A stretch of 64,000 bases of DNA from Candidatus Bathyarchaeia archaeon (GCA_050010515.1 JBEKKX010000022.1:1-64000), one strand, 5' to 3'; counted from the first letter of the stretch, positions 39,701-50,351 are shown. Notes: generated from the sequence alone by a model not told the origin. Translations and numbers: made by a program.

Positions 39701-40276
39701 ATGTTAGAATACCTTGTTTTCGTTGCCGCTTTTGCGACATTGGTTGCGACCTATGTTTACATAAGTTCGATGTTCAAAGGTGTTGCCAAGCCGAATAGGG
39801 TGTCTTGGCTTATGTGGTCAATCGCACCTCTCATCGCAACCGCAGCGGCTATATCCAACGGGGTGGGCTGGGCAGTTTTACCAGTATTCATGTCGGGTGT
39901 TTCGCCATTTCTGATATTTACTGCTTCGTTTGTTACAAAGAAAGCCTACTGGAAGCTCGCATCGTTTGATTATGTTTGCGGGGTATTATCAGGGCTGGCC
40001 TTAGTTCTTTGGTATGTGACCAAAGACCCGAATGTAGCGATAGCCTTTGCAATTGCGAGCGATGGATTGGCCTCAATACCAACTCTCACAAAGGCATGGA
40101 ACCATCCAGAGACTGAGTCCGCTTGGCCGTTCACAGTCGGAGTATTCAATGCTTTGACAAGTTTCGGGGCTGCCACAATGTGGACTTTCTCGGAGTACGC
40201 CTTCCCATTGTACCTGATAGCAATAAACGTCATGCTTTCTTTCTCAGTGTATAATAAAAAGCTATTTCATTTCTAG
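39701..40276 (+). CDS. multi-pass membrane protein
   Basis: KPNRVSW, PT..KAW..P.TE; hydrophobic. Confidence 0.75.
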   Translation: MLEYLVFVAAFATLVATYVYISSMFKGVAKPNRVSWLMWSIAPLIATAAAISNGVGWAVLPVFMSGVSPFLIFTASFVTKKAYWKLASFDYVCGVLSGLALVLWYVTKDPNVAIAFAIASDGLASIPTLTKAWNHPETESAWPFTVGVFNALTSFGAATMWTFSEYAFPLYLIAINVMLSFSVYNKKLFHF

Positions 40277-40528
40277 CAAAGTAACTAAAGTATCAGACAT
40301 ACGGGGTCTACTGGTCTACTTTAAGAAACGCAAGCCCTAAAAATAAGTTGCTTTTTCATTTTTTGTTCGATCGCGCGCGATTTTCTGTTCCTCTTGCTAT
40401 TTGCAGTAGTGTTTTCCTCTCTGAGTGTATTCCTTTCTCTAAAATTCCTTGCAAAATAATCAACTTTACATTGAATTCTAACAATTGTTACCCGAGAGTT
40501 TGAAAGTCGACCTGACTAGGGTTTAATG

Positions 40529-40601
40529 TAGCCCGGGAGAGATTCGAACTCTCGTCGGCGGGTCCAAAGCCCGCTATGCTTGACCACTACACCACCGGGC
40601 T
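40529..40601 (-). tRNA. tRNA-Gln(UUG)
   Basis: Cloverleaf; anticodon arm GCGGG-CTTTGGA-CCCGC; T-loop GTTCGAATC. Confidence 0.95.
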
Positions 40602-40893
40602 GCAAGTCTTCTTTTTTGTTAACGCTAGAGTTTTAGGACATTTTTTATCCTTCATGAGGGATGTAGGTTGGCACTTTGTTTTTCATTAACATTTTTCTTA
40701 TGCTTATTTCCATCAACAATATCTAGCTAGTGCGTAAATTTGTAAAATAAAGTGTGCAATAGCTTTATTAAGACCACAAAGCTTAAATAACAGAAGCATT
40801 CATCACCTTAGTTTGCGCGGGCCGAATGTACTGTTTTCTAGCCAGATTGGCCTATAGTGACGGTTCTACGCATGTTGAAAGGAGTAGAAAAAA

Positions 40894-41832
40894 TTGAGCA
40901 AAAAAGAAACCAAAACACAAACGCGCTTGTCTGACAAGTGCGCAGAGTGCGGTAGCGAAAACCTAGTTCACGATTATGACACCGGAGAAACCGTTTGCGG
41001 CGACTGCGGCTTAGTCCTGTACGAGCAAATGATGGATAAAGGACCAGAATGGCGCGCGTTTACCCAAGAGGAGAAAGCGTCAAGAAGCCGAGTTGGAGTT
41101 CCCACATCTTATTCTGTTCATGACAAAGGCTTATCCACAGCAATTAGCCAAGTCGACCGAGATGCCTTCGGAAGAAAACTGCCCCTATCCACAAGGTTGC
41201 AAATGTGGCGTCTTAGGAAATGGCAAATACGCAGCCGAGTACACTCATCCGTCGACCGAAACCTAGCTCAAGCCATGGCAGAGCTCGATCGTCTCTCCGA
41301 CAAAGTCTACATTCCACCACCAATCAAAGAAAAAGCTGCTGTAATTTACCGAAAAGCTCTAGACAAAGGCCTTGTTCGAGGAAGATCAATCGCCGCTATC
41401 GCTGCTGCTGCACTTTATGCTGCTTGCCGTGGAAGCGGAACACCACGTACACTGCGGGAAATAGCTGAAGCTAGCCTTGTCGATAAGAAAGACGTCGCAA
41501 GATGCTACAGGCTATTGCTGCGTGAGCTTGATGTTCACATGCCTATTGCTGACCCACTTACTTACGTCTCTAAAATCGCAGAAAAAACTGGCATTTCAGG
41601 CAAAACACAGGGTGCAGCCATCCAAATTCTCAGAGACGCAAGACGCAAGCGTGCTGCTGCTGGAAAAGACCCGATGGGTTTAGCTGCTGCTGCCTTATAC
41701 ATTGCTTGTTTGCAGAACAACGAGAAAAAGACTCAAAAAGACATCGCTGAAGCTGCTGGCGTAACTGAAGTAACCGTACGCAACCGCTACAAAACACTTA
41801 AGAAACAATTGAATCTTGAGTTGCCCGATTAA
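40894..41832 (+). CDS. tfb: transcription initiation factor TFB
   Basis: Zn ribbon, GPEWRAF, two cyclin repeats, VTEVTVRNRY. Confidence 0.97.
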   Translation: MSKKETKTQTRLSDKCAECGSENLVHDYDTGETVCGDCGLVLYEQMMDKGPEWRAFTQEEKASRSRVGVPTSYSVHDKGLSTAISQVDRDAFGRKLPLSTRLQMWRLRKWQIRSRVHSSVDRNLAQAMAELDRLSDKVYIPPPIKEKAAVIYRKALDKGLVRGRSIAAIAAAALYAACRGSGTPRTLREIAEASLVDKKDVARCYRLLLRELDVHMPIADPLTYVSKIAEKTGISGKTQGAAIQILRDARRKRAAAGKDPMGLAAAALYIACLQNNEKKTQKDIAEAAGVTEVTVRNRYKTLKKQLNLELPD

Positions 41833-41835
41833 ACA

Positions 41836-42069
41836 TTAAACATTTTCTTTAGATGAAGCATCAGTTTCTTCTTTTTCTTCCTCAAGCTCCATAACTACGG
41901 CTCCAATGTAACCACAGTCTTCACAGTAATATTGTTCACCCGTTAACCAAACAGCTAGACTGCTCGTCAACTTTAACTTTGGGCTACAACATCTCGGACA
42001 ATAAATCTGCGTTCGTTTTCGATGCTTAATCGATTTGAGTACTTCGCGAATATCATCTACTTTTTTCAT
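41836..42069 (-). CDS. small Zn-ribbon protein
   Basis: CPRC...CEDCGY; ATG at 42069. Confidence 0.7.
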   Translation of the reverse strand: MKKVDDIREVLKSIKHRKRTQIYCPRCCSPKLKLTSSLAVWLTGEQYYCEDCGYIGAVVMELEEEKEETDASSKENV

Positions 42070-42098
42070 CAATTTGCACCTCTGCTTCGACTTTGCGG

Positions 42099-42407
42099 TT
42101 ATTGCACTTCGATGTTTTCTGTCGGATAACCTATTTTCATCAAGAATTCGCGCACTCTGTCTCTGTGATCTCCCTGCAGCATAATTTGACCGTTTTTGCT
42201 TGTTCCTCCGCACGCACAAAAGGTTTTGAGTTTTTGTGCAAGGCTTGGCAAGTTCGAGTTTTTATCGTCCATGCCATCGACTATAGTGGTTGGTCTGCCA
42301 AATTTTCTAGTTTCAAGCCTAATGCGAATTCTCTGCTGCTCTTTTTCGATTTCTCCACAAACGCATAAGTCCTTTGGAAGCCCGCATGTTGAACAAACTT
42401 CAGCCAT
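42099..42407 (-). CDS. sui1: translation initiation factor aIF1/SUI1
   Basis: CGLPKDLCVC, LKTFCACGG, LQGDHR. Confidence 0.93.
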   Translation of the reverse strand: MAEVCSTCGLPKDLCVCGEIEKEQQRIRIRLETRKFGRPTTIVDGMDDKNSNLPSLAQKLKTFCACGGTSKNGQIMLQGDHRDRVREFLMKIGYPTENIEVQ

Positions 42408-42875
42408 GACACTCAACAGTGAATTAGCATCTGTAATATATAAAAGTTTCAAGTCTGCCATGTCAACTTTCTAACTTTACACTCATAAAGCGATGTTGGG
42501 AACGCTTTTGCGCCTCTATGAAAGCGAGCACGATTAAACCAGTCTCTATAATCGCTTAATTTGCCTTCAAGCCACTCAAGGAACACCCGTAAATGATTAA
42601 CAAACTCGCGGTTCAGGTTCTGGATGCACCACTCGACTTTGCCTTTATCCTGAGGGTAAGATGGATGAGCAAAATGCGCTTCAACTCCATGAACACTGCA
42701 CCAACTCTTCCATTGATCCCTAAACTGTAGTCCATGATCAGAAAGAATCGCCTTCGGAAGCCACTTTTACTCCTTGACCTTGGCGTTATCTCACGAAAAA
42801 AAAGAATAAACAAACAGCCCAAATAAACTGTATCTATCTATTATTAGGACAGTGCCGTATTATCGGAGAATTATA

Positions 42876-43029
42876 TGGTCGGGAGAGCAGGATTTGAACC
42901 TGCGACGGCTCGGTATCTGTGGCCTGTGCAGGCTAGAATGAAGCCCACCAAGGGTAGACCTCTACAGCGTCTCCACCAGCTAAGCAAATTAGCCAGCTCG
43001 AGAGCTCTGCCAGGCTGAGCTACCTCCCG
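42876..43029 (-). tRNA. tRNA-Tyr(GUA) with two introns (30/31 and 37/38) and encoded CCA
   Basis: C1-G72 and A73; introns 42969-42998 and 42915-42961 each with a bulge-helix-bulge; spliced arm CTCGG-CTGTAGA-CCGAG. Confidence 0.88.
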
Positions 43030-43189
43030 ACAAAGTCCATAAAGATAAGATGAAAGAATTTATGTTTTTTGGAATTTTACAGGATTTTTATACATACTAA
43101 ACATTTTAATCTGTAGCAAGTGTACGTTCAGATAGGTTTTTATTTGAAAAAACTGTAACGCGTTTTAAGGATAAAAAGAGGCATATTTA

Positions 43190-44155
43190 ATGGCAAAAAC
43201 TATCGGCATAGTTACTTCGGGTGGAGATGCACCAGGCATGAACGCCGCCATCCGAGCTATAACACGAATAGGCCATGCGAATGGTCTTCAAGTTATAGGT
43301 TTCGAAAGAGGATGGGACGGACTACTAAATAACTCGTTCAAAAGATTGACTCCGCGAAGTGTCGGCGGCATTATCCAGTTAGGCGGCACCATACTTCACA
43401 CCCTTCGATGCCCAAGTTTCGAGGAAGAGGGCAGTTGGGAAAAAGCAGCAGAAACATTATCCATTAATGATGTTGATAGTTTAGTGGTAATTGGAGGCGA
43501 CGGCTCATTTAAGGGTGCCCTAGACCTAAGCAGAGAAAGCGACGCCTTAATGATTGGGATACCAGCCACAATTGACAATGACGTTTACGGAACAGACGAA
43601 ACAATCGGGTTTGACACTGCAGTCAACACGGCTGTAGGTGCCATTGACAAAATTAGGGATACAGCGATTTCTCATGAAAGAATTTTCATTGTGGAGGTAA
43701 TGGGTCGGAAAAGAGGATTCTTAGCGCTGGAAGTAGGCATATGCATAGGTGCAGAGGTAATTTTGATTCCAGAGAACCCAATGAGCATTGCTGAAATTAT
43801 AAAGCTGATGGAGGAAAACGCGAAAAAAGGCAAAAGAGCAGGAATAATAGTTGCGGCAGAAGGCTTCGGCAATACAGGTAAGTTAGCTCAAGAAATGCAA
43901 CAGCAAACAGAATCTGAAGTCAGACTATCAATTATTGGCTATGCTCAGCGTGGCGGAAGCCCAACAGCACGCAGCAGGTTACTGGCTAGTTTATTCGCGG
44001 AGAAAGCAGTTGAATTAATTTGCCAAGGGCAGGGTAGCATGGCAGTTGGATTACAGAACGGTGCAATTGTGGGTTTTGAGCTTGAGAAAGCCGCTAAAAA
44101 CAGGAAGCCAATAGATTTACGGTTGTTACAAGTAGCTGAAATGCTTGCAACATAA
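43190..44155 (+). CDS. pfkA: ATP-dependent 6-phosphofructokinase (PfkA family)
   Basis: TSGGDAPGMN, GGDGS, PATIDND, EVMGR, QRGG. Confidence 0.92.
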   Translation: MAKTIGIVTSGGDAPGMNAAIRAITRIGHANGLQVIGFERGWDGLLNNSFKRLTPRSVGGIIQLGGTILHTLRCPSFEEEGSWEKAAETLSINDVDSLVVIGGDGSFKGALDLSRESDALMIGIPATIDNDVYGTDETIGFDTAVNTAVGAIDKIRDTAISHERIFIVEVMGRKRGFLALEVGICIGAEVILIPENPMSIAEIIKLMEENAKKGKRAGIIVAAEGFGNTGKLAQEMQQQTESEVRLSIIGYAQRGGSPTARSRLLASLFAEKAVELICQGQGSMAVGLQNGAIVGFELEKAAKNRKPIDLRLLQVAEMLAT

Positions 44156-44198
44156 ACTTTAACCATTTCACTTTTTTACTAGCAATCTTTTTTGAATT

Positions 44199-45446
44199 TT
44201 AGAGTAGTGACTCGTAGATTTTGCTTGTTTGCTCAGCGACTTTGTGCCAAGTAAAATACTCCAGCACTCTTCGCCTTCCGTTTTCGCCCCAGTTTTTTGA
44301 TTTTTCAGGGTCACGCAGCGTCTCGTTTATTCCCCATGCTATGTCCGCGGGGTCTTCACCGTTAATGTGCACGCCGTTTTGGTCTGGACCGACAGTTATC
44401 ACTTGCTCTTTGAAGCCTACAACGCCTCTCGCGCTGACTACTACTGGTTTCTCCATAGCCATCGCCTCTAAACTTACAATTCCGAACGGCTCATAAATCG
44501 ATGGAAAAACACACACGTCAGAGGCGGCATAATGGAGAATCCGTTCTTTTTCAGACACAAAGTCGAAGCGGTAAACGATTTTATCCTTGATGTTTAATCT
44601 TTCTGCTGTTTCAACAATGTCAGCTTGTTCGTCACCTTTGCCTAAAATAACCAGTTTAGTATTAGGGTACTCTTTGAGAACCATAGGCATCGCCTGCAGT
44701 AAATTGCGTACGCCTTTCACCCAAGTAAGCCTTCCCACGAAAAGCAGCATGTTCCAACCGTCAGGAACGCCGTATTTTTCTCTGATTGCATCCACATCTT
44801 CTTTTTGTACTTTTCGCGGATCGTACGTTTCAGGGTCCACACCGTTCCATACAACGCTGATTTTTGAAGGTGACCAGCCGTGTTTTACAAGGTCGTCTTG
44901 CATAGCGTAACTGACAGTTACTATGCGGTCGGAGTTTTGAGCCATAGCCCTCTCTAAATGGGACACTACTTCGGAGCCTTGCCCGCCGCTTCTGCCCCAT
45001 TCTGTACTGTGCGTGTGGAAAACTACGGGTATCTTGGTTTCGTTCTTAATGACTAAGCCTGCAATACTGCTCAGCCAGTCGTGTACGCAGACGACGTCAA
45101 ATTTGTATTTCTCTTTTTTAATTAGACTATTGATGAATTTGGTTGAGCTTAGGATGTTGTAGATGAAGATGTCGTTGAAGACTTTGATGTTAGTGCCCCA
45201 TTTTTTCAGGTCATCCACCACAAAGAAGGGCCAGATGTTGCTTGCGTCAACTATAAGTGGCCTGTGAACTTCTACTCCTCGCAGGATTTCTTTTGTTTTT
45301 AATCCGTTATTATTGAGGGTGAAGACTGAGACGTCGTGTCCAATGTCAACGAATTCATGGGTGATGTATTCAGCGTAAGTGCCTAAACCGCCTACAAGTT
45401 GAGGAGGATATTCATAGACGAAGAAGCCAATTCGCAAAACCGTCAC
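44199..45446 (-). CDS. GT4 glycosyltransferase (glycogen synthase-like)
   Basis: EYPP..VGGLG, HDW, EPFGIVSLEAMA. Confidence 0.88.
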   Translation of the reverse strand: MTVLRIGFFVYEYPPQLVGGLGTYAEYITHEFVDIGHDVSVFTLNNNGLKTKEILRGVEVHRPLIVDASNIWPFFVVDDLKKWGTNIKVFNDIFIYNILSSTKFINSLIKKEKYKFDVVCVHDWLSSIAGLVIKNETKIPVVFHTHSTEWGRSGGQGSEVVSHLERAMAQNSDRIVTVSYAMQDDLVKHGWSPSKISVVWNGVDPETYDPRKVQKEDVDAIREKYGVPDGWNMLLFVGRLTWVKGVRNLLQAMPMVLKEYPNTKLVILGKGDEQADIVETAERLNIKDKIVYRFDFVSEKERILHYAASDVCVFPSIYEPFGIVSLEAMAMEKPVVVSARGVVGFKEQVITVGPDQNGVHINGEDPADIAWGINETLRDPEKSKNWGENGRRRVLEYFTWHKVAEQTSKIYESLL

Positions 45447-45646
45447 CTAAGCTTGCCTTAACTATGGCTTGAATGGTATTTATACTTTAAAATAACTATT
45501 GAGGGTTTTAGAACGGTTATCTTTCGTATTTAGTTCTGTTTTAAAATGATTTTCGTTGGGAACGAAATATAGGTGTGTAAGCTACTACCTTACGGGATCA
45601 GGTGTCAATACCTTTTGTTGATACATTGCCTAAAGCGTTAAGGCTC

Positions 45647-46165
45647 TTAACCTTTCACTTTCTCTAATAACTGCATAATCTTCGAATAACTCTCCAAGCT
45701 ACACCGCCAGCCAGCAGAAACCATATCATTCACAGCCAGCTTAGCCTCTTCTTTCGAGAGGAGCCCTTCAAAAACAGCTCTTACCAAAACGTACGGCGTG
45801 CCCACATACTCGATTCCGTACACCTTCGCCGTCTTCCTAGCTACCTCATCATCAATAACCGCCAGCGCCTCATATTCTTTGGCGAGAGCCAACACGTCAG
45901 CATCAGCAACATGAAGCCCACGTGTCTCAGACAACCGAGAAAGAAAAGCGGTATTTTTGGGTTTACAAACCTTGAAAACGCCATTATCAAACAATTTCTC
46001 CAATGCAATTGCATCTGGAACACCCTTCAGTTTGCCTTTATCCACAACTTCTGCCTTAACCAACGGAGACGTTAATTTTTCTCCTTTTAAATTCTCGATA
46101 ATTCCACTTAATCCAGCTTTGGACAGGTAGATCAATAGGGTGGAATTGAACACCAATGACTTCAC
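45647..46165 (-). CDS. PIN-domain protein (DUF3368-like)
   Basis: VFNST.LI.L, IDD..AR..A..G....GT. Confidence 0.8.
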   Translation of the reverse strand: MKSLVFNSTLLIYLSKAGLSGIIENLKGEKLTSPLVKAEVVDKGKLKGVPDAIALEKLFDNGVFKVCKPKNTAFLSRLSETRGLHVADADVLALAKEYEALAVIDDEVARKTAKVYGIEYVGTPYVLVRAVFEGLLSKEEAKLAVNDMVSAGWRCSLESYSKIMQLLEKVKG

Positions 46166-46500
46166 TTACGCTTCGCCGCCGACGCTTCTCTAAACTCTTT
46201 CTCTACATCTTCAGGCTCATATCTGACCCATTCAATGTTGCGTTGCTTCACTAAATCAGCAAACTCCCAAAGTGAAAGCTTTGCAATATCTGCTGCTTTA
46301 GCGAAAGTTGCTTCCCCTTTCTGCAAAAGCTCCAGGGCAGCTTGTTTTCTCCATTCCATGATGCCTTTTTCAAGAAGATTTCTGACAACCGTTGCTTTGT
46401 CTAGTTTTTCTTTTTTTATGATTTCAAGAATTTCTTTCTCTAACTCAGCGGGAACTCTTACGGCTAATGGTTTAAGTGTCAACACGACCACTGTATACAA
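46162..46500 (-). CDS. UPF0175-family antitoxin-like protein
   Basis: TFAKAADIA.LS.WEF; overlaps the PIN gene. Confidence 0.8.
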   Translation of the reverse strand: MYTVVVLTLKPLAVRVPAELEKEILEIIKKEKLDKATVVRNLLEKGIMEWRKQAALELLQKGEATFAKAADIAKLSLWEFADLVKQRNIEWVRYEPEDVEKEFREASAAKRK

Positions 46501-46676
46501 TAGGTATCAAATGAATACATAAATCTTGTGCCGACGTTGAACATTCCAGATTCAGAAAAAAAAGACGCAGGAAAAAATCCCGAGTAACGGGAATTGAAAG
46601 ATAACAAGCGTTATCCAACAAGTCTAAAATACTTTTTATCGGTCAATGAAGAAATAGGTTACTCAGGAGTGAAAGT

Positions 46677-47213
46677 TTGAAGTCAGCGTTAATAATTTAC
46701 TGGTCAAGCACAGGAAACACCGAAAAAGTAGCTTACGCCATTAAAGAAGGCTTGGAAAGCGCGGGGTTAAAAGTTGAATTGAAAAAGCCTCAAGATGCTG
46801 CTGGAACAGACTTTTTTGATTATGATTTGGTTTGTGTTGGTTCTCCATCAATTGAGTGGCAGCCTGCTAAACCAATGGCTGATTTCCTTAAGGGCAAACT
46901 GGCTTTTTACCGAAATCAAGGAAAAATTAAGCCGTGTGCCCCTAAAGTGGAAGGCAAAAACGCGTTGGTTTTCTGCACTTATTCTGGACCACACACAGGC
47001 ATGGATGAGGCGACTCCAGCGGGAAAATGTATGAGACAGTACTTTGAGCATTTTGGTTTTAACGTAGTTGGTGAATGGTACGTGCCGGGCGAGTTTCATG
47101 GAAGAGAGGATTTGAGCACTCAGGGCAGGCTTGGCGATATCAGGGGAAAGCCAACAGCCGAGGATTTGGCGAAAATTAAAAAGGACGCGGAACAAATAGT
47201 GAAGAGTTTGTAA
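46677..47213 (+). CDS. flavodoxin-like protein
   Basis: YWSSTGNTEKVA, GSP. Confidence 0.85.
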   Translation: MKSALIIYWSSTGNTEKVAYAIKEGLESAGLKVELKKPQDAAGTDFFDYDLVCVGSPSIEWQPAKPMADFLKGKLAFYRNQGKIKPCAPKVEGKNALVFCTYSGPHTGMDEATPAGKCMRQYFEHFGFNVVGEWYVPGEFHGREDLSTQGRLGDIRGKPTAEDLAKIKKDAEQIVKSL

Positions 47214-47220
47214 TTGAGAA

Positions 47221-47598
47221 GTGGTTGGTATGGCTAAAACAGTTAATTTGCCAGAAAAGATTTATGACGATTTAGCTAAAGTTGCTGAAGAATTAACCTT
47301 CATGGCGAAAAAGCCGATTTCCCAATCAATGGCAATAAACCTTCTAATCGAAATTTACCATGCACACCTCAATAACCGTTGCGCGCTTGACGCTTTCAGC
47401 CAGCAACTAGCCAGCTTAGACATCATGTCACCAAAAGAATTTGACAAGTACTGGGATGAACCAAGAAAGGTTAAACGCAAGAATAAAACGCATAAGGTGC
47501 GAAAATCAACTATGGATTTGGCTGGTTCAGGCGCTAAATATGCTACGCCAGAAGAAATGAAGAAGGCGTTAGACAAACTTAGGAAAGAAGATGAATAA
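47221..47598 (+). CDS. hypothetical protein (RHH-like N-terminus)
   Basis: KTVNLPEKIYDDL. Confidence 0.6.
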   Translation: MVGMAKTVNLPEKIYDDLAKVAEELTFMAKKPISQSMAINLLIEIYHAHLNNRCALDAFSQQLASLDIMSPKEFDKYWDEPRKVKRKNKTHKVRKSTMDLAGSGAKYATPEEMKKALDKLRKEDE

Positions 47599-47635
47599 TT
47601 AACGCTTGTCTGAACTTTAAACCGATTATAACTGG

Positions 47636-48175
47636 CTAAAGAACGGCTAATGTTCTCTTCGTTATCTCTTCAGCCAGCTTATCCCTGTTAGCTAACGTTA
47701 CTGTGAATATTTCTGAGTCTTCCCGTTGTATTGCCTCGTTTATCAGTGGGTCTCTAGCTTTCGCATGCACAACAGCTAACACCACCTTTCTGCTTTCTAA
47801 TGCTTGCTTTACGGCTTGTTTGAACTTCTGTGAAAAAAGTTCCATGGGACCAATCTCATCAATAGCGATAACGCCGCATTTTTCTACTGCCTCCACGATA
47901 GCGGTTGCGCCTATGTTTTCTAGGTCTTCTAGGTTAACATGGTACTTGCCGATTTGTGGACCCGTTCTCTGGTTGATGTGTGCTAGCCAGCCGTGTTTGT
48001 TGTTGGTTAAGTCTATGATTTCGAAGCCTACGCGCACGTTACCTTCTCTTGCTTCACGGCTTATCATTCCACCAACACTGATGCCCTCGGCTTTAAGTGC
48101 TTCCACTGTCTCGATGAGCACTGTTGTCTTTCCAACGCCTGGGTTGCCAGTTAAAAGCAAAACTCGCTTCTGCAA
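47636..48175 (-). CDS. THEP1-like NTPase
   Basis: TGNPGVGKTT, IDEIGPME. Confidence 0.9.
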   Translation of the reverse strand: MQKRVLLLTGNPGVGKTTVLIETVEALKAEGISVGGMISREAREGNVRVGFEIIDLTNNKHGWLAHINQRTGPQIGKYHVNLEDLENIGATAIVEAVEKCGVIAIDEIGPMELFSQKFKQAVKQALESRKVVLAVVHAKARDPLINEAIQREDSEIFTVTLANRDKLAEEITKRTLAVL

Positions 48176-48255
48176 TGCTTTCGCTCCTTCTATTACCAGA
48201 AGTCTAATATGGCAATAAAATTCTTTTCATAACAACATGCACTGGAGCGTCACTT

Positions 48256-49461
48256 ATGGAAGAGTATAAGGCGGATTTTCCAAGCGAAATAATCAGGGAG
48301 GGCAAAGTGCAAGTTTTAGTGCCCAAACTCGAAGCTTACGAAGTGAACCCTTCCGATTATGCACCGTCTAAAGCTCCAGTCTTCTACAATCCAGTCATGG
48401 AGTTTAACCGTGACTTAACGGTTTTAGCGTTCCAAGCCTACCAACGCATGGCTGGCAGAAAAATCTCCATTTGCGACCCCTTAACCAGCCAAGGAATCCG
48501 CGGAGTCCGCTTCGCCGCTGAAATTAGCGGAGTAAAAAAAGTGTTAATCAGCGACATTAACGAGAGAGCATTCAAGCTTGCAAAGCACAACGTGCAAATC
48601 AACGGGCTCGAAAAAACGGTCACTGTTAAGCATAAGGACGCGAACTGCGTTTTAAGCTGCCATGCCTCGCCTAAGAAAAGGTTTGACATTATTGATGTTG
48701 ACCCGTTTGGCACTCCAGCTCCATACTTAGACCCAGCCCTCCGAGCAATCCGCAACAACGGCTTATTATCTTCAACAGCAACCGACCTAGCACCCCTGTG
48801 CGGAGTCCACGCTAAAGCTTGCATTCGAAAGTACGGCGGCAGACCATTGCGAACGGAGTACTGCCATGAGCTTGCTGTTCGGCTTTTAGCCGGCTGCACC
48901 GCCACCTTAGCGGCGAAGCATGATATCGGAATTCAGGTCGTTTTCAGCCACAGCAGCGAGCATTACATTCGAGTTTACGCTAAAATCGCATATGGCGCAA
49001 AGAAAGCAGATGAAAGCATCAAAAGCCTCGGGTATATTCTGCACTGTTTCAACTGTTTCCACAGAGAAACCACACACCAACCCTTCGGCAACCTGCAATG
49101 CCCCGAATGCGGCTCAAAAATGGATTACGCGGGTCCCTTGTGGCTGGGAAACATCTTCGACCAGAACTTCATTGAATTAATGATAAAAGAAAACAAAACT
49201 GTAGCCTTCAGAAACAGCGCTAGAATCACGAAACTTCTCGCTTTAACCAAAGACGAAGCCTCAGCGCCCATAACATACTACGTGCTTGACAAGTTAAGCG
49301 GAAAACTTGGTCTCCCATCACCATCCATACAAGCCTTCCTCAATGCGCTCCGCAAAAGCGGTTTCCAAGCTGTACAGACCCACTTTAACACTAGAGGCGT
49401 AAGAACCGATGCCCCTGTGATGGCAATGCATAAACTGCTCAAAGAAGCAAGCGGTAGTTAG
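48256..49461 (+). CDS. trm1: tRNA G26 N2,N2-dimethyltransferase
   Basis: VFYNP.M..NRD, GIRG.R, DVDPFGTP, GPLW.G. Confidence 0.93.
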   Translation: MEEYKADFPSEIIREGKVQVLVPKLEAYEVNPSDYAPSKAPVFYNPVMEFNRDLTVLAFQAYQRMAGRKISICDPLTSQGIRGVRFAAEISGVKKVLISDINERAFKLAKHNVQINGLEKTVTVKHKDANCVLSCHASPKKRFDIIDVDPFGTPAPYLDPALRAIRNNGLLSSTATDLAPLCGVHAKACIRKYGGRPLRTEYCHELAVRLLAGCTATLAAKHDIGIQVVFSHSSEHYIRVYAKIAYGAKKADESIKSLGYILHCFNCFHRETTHQPFGNLQCPECGSKMDYAGPLWLGNIFDQNFIELMIKENKTVAFRNSARITKLLALTKDEASAPITYYVLDKLSGKLGLPSPSIQAFLNALRKSGFQAVQTHFNTRGVRTDAPVMAMHKLLKEASGS

Positions 49462-49534
49462 ATAACAATTTGTTTTGGGCAACAAAAGTTTAAAGAGCAA
49501 AGTCGCCAGTCGTTAAAGTAACAAGTGAATAATC

Positions 49535-50341
49535 ATGAACGATAAAATCACAGTAATTGGTACAGGCATGATGGGTGGCGCCGTAGTCAAAAGCCTGCTG
49601 AAAGGCGGCTACGAGGGCAAAATAACAGCGGTTGATATTGATCTTGAAAGGCTCAAGGAATTTGAAAACCTCGGCGTAAAAACATCAACAGACAACAAAA
49701 AAGCCGCCGTCGACGCAGACATAGTTTTCATTGTTGTTAAGCCTGGTGACGTCGAAAAGGTACTCAAAGAAATCAGCAAGGAAATCAAGGACAAACTGTT
49801 GATTTCTGTGGCTGCTACGGTTCCTTTGAAGTTTTTGAAGAAGAATGCTCCTGACGCAAGGATAGTGCGTATTATGCCTAATCTTGGCGCGCTGGTGCAA
49901 GCAGCCTACACGGCTTATTGTTGCGAAGCAAACGTTACTCAACAAGACAAAGAGAAAGTTAAAATTTTGTTGAACATGATGGGCATTTGCGACGAATTGG
50001 ACGAGAAATATATGGATGCAATAACAGCTGTTAGCGGCAGCGGACCTGGTTACCTGTCGATTATCATTGAGGCTATGACTTATGCGGGATTAAAGGTTGG
50101 GTTACCGCGTGATATAGCGTTAACCTGTGCAGCCCAAACTGTTATGGGCGCAGGCAAACTTGTTATTGACTTGCATGAGGACCCGTCAAAAATTAAGGAT
50201 ATGACGACCACTCCGGGCGGCACAACTATCGAAGCCATATACCAGATTGAACAAAGCCAAATTAGGTCAGCAATGATACGGGCAATCGAAGAAGCCACGA
50301 AGAAAAGCCAAGCCATCAGGGAAAAACTAAACTTAAACTAG
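49535..50341 (+). CDS. proC: pyrroline-5-carboxylate reductase
   Basis: IG.G.MG, RIMPN, SGSGP, TPGGTT. Confidence 0.95.
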   Translation: MNDKITVIGTGMMGGAVVKSLLKGGYEGKITAVDIDLERLKEFENLGVKTSTDNKKAAVDADIVFIVVKPGDVEKVLKEISKEIKDKLLISVAATVPLKFLKKNAPDARIVRIMPNLGALVQAAYTAYCCEANVTQQDKEKVKILLNMMGICDELDEKYMDAITAVSGSGPGYLSIIIEAMTYAGLKVGLPRDIALTCAAQTVMGAGKLVIDLHEDPSKIKDMTTTPGGTTIEAIYQIEQSQIRSAMIRAIEEATKKSQAIREKLNLN

Positions 50342-50351
50342 CAGACCAGCC

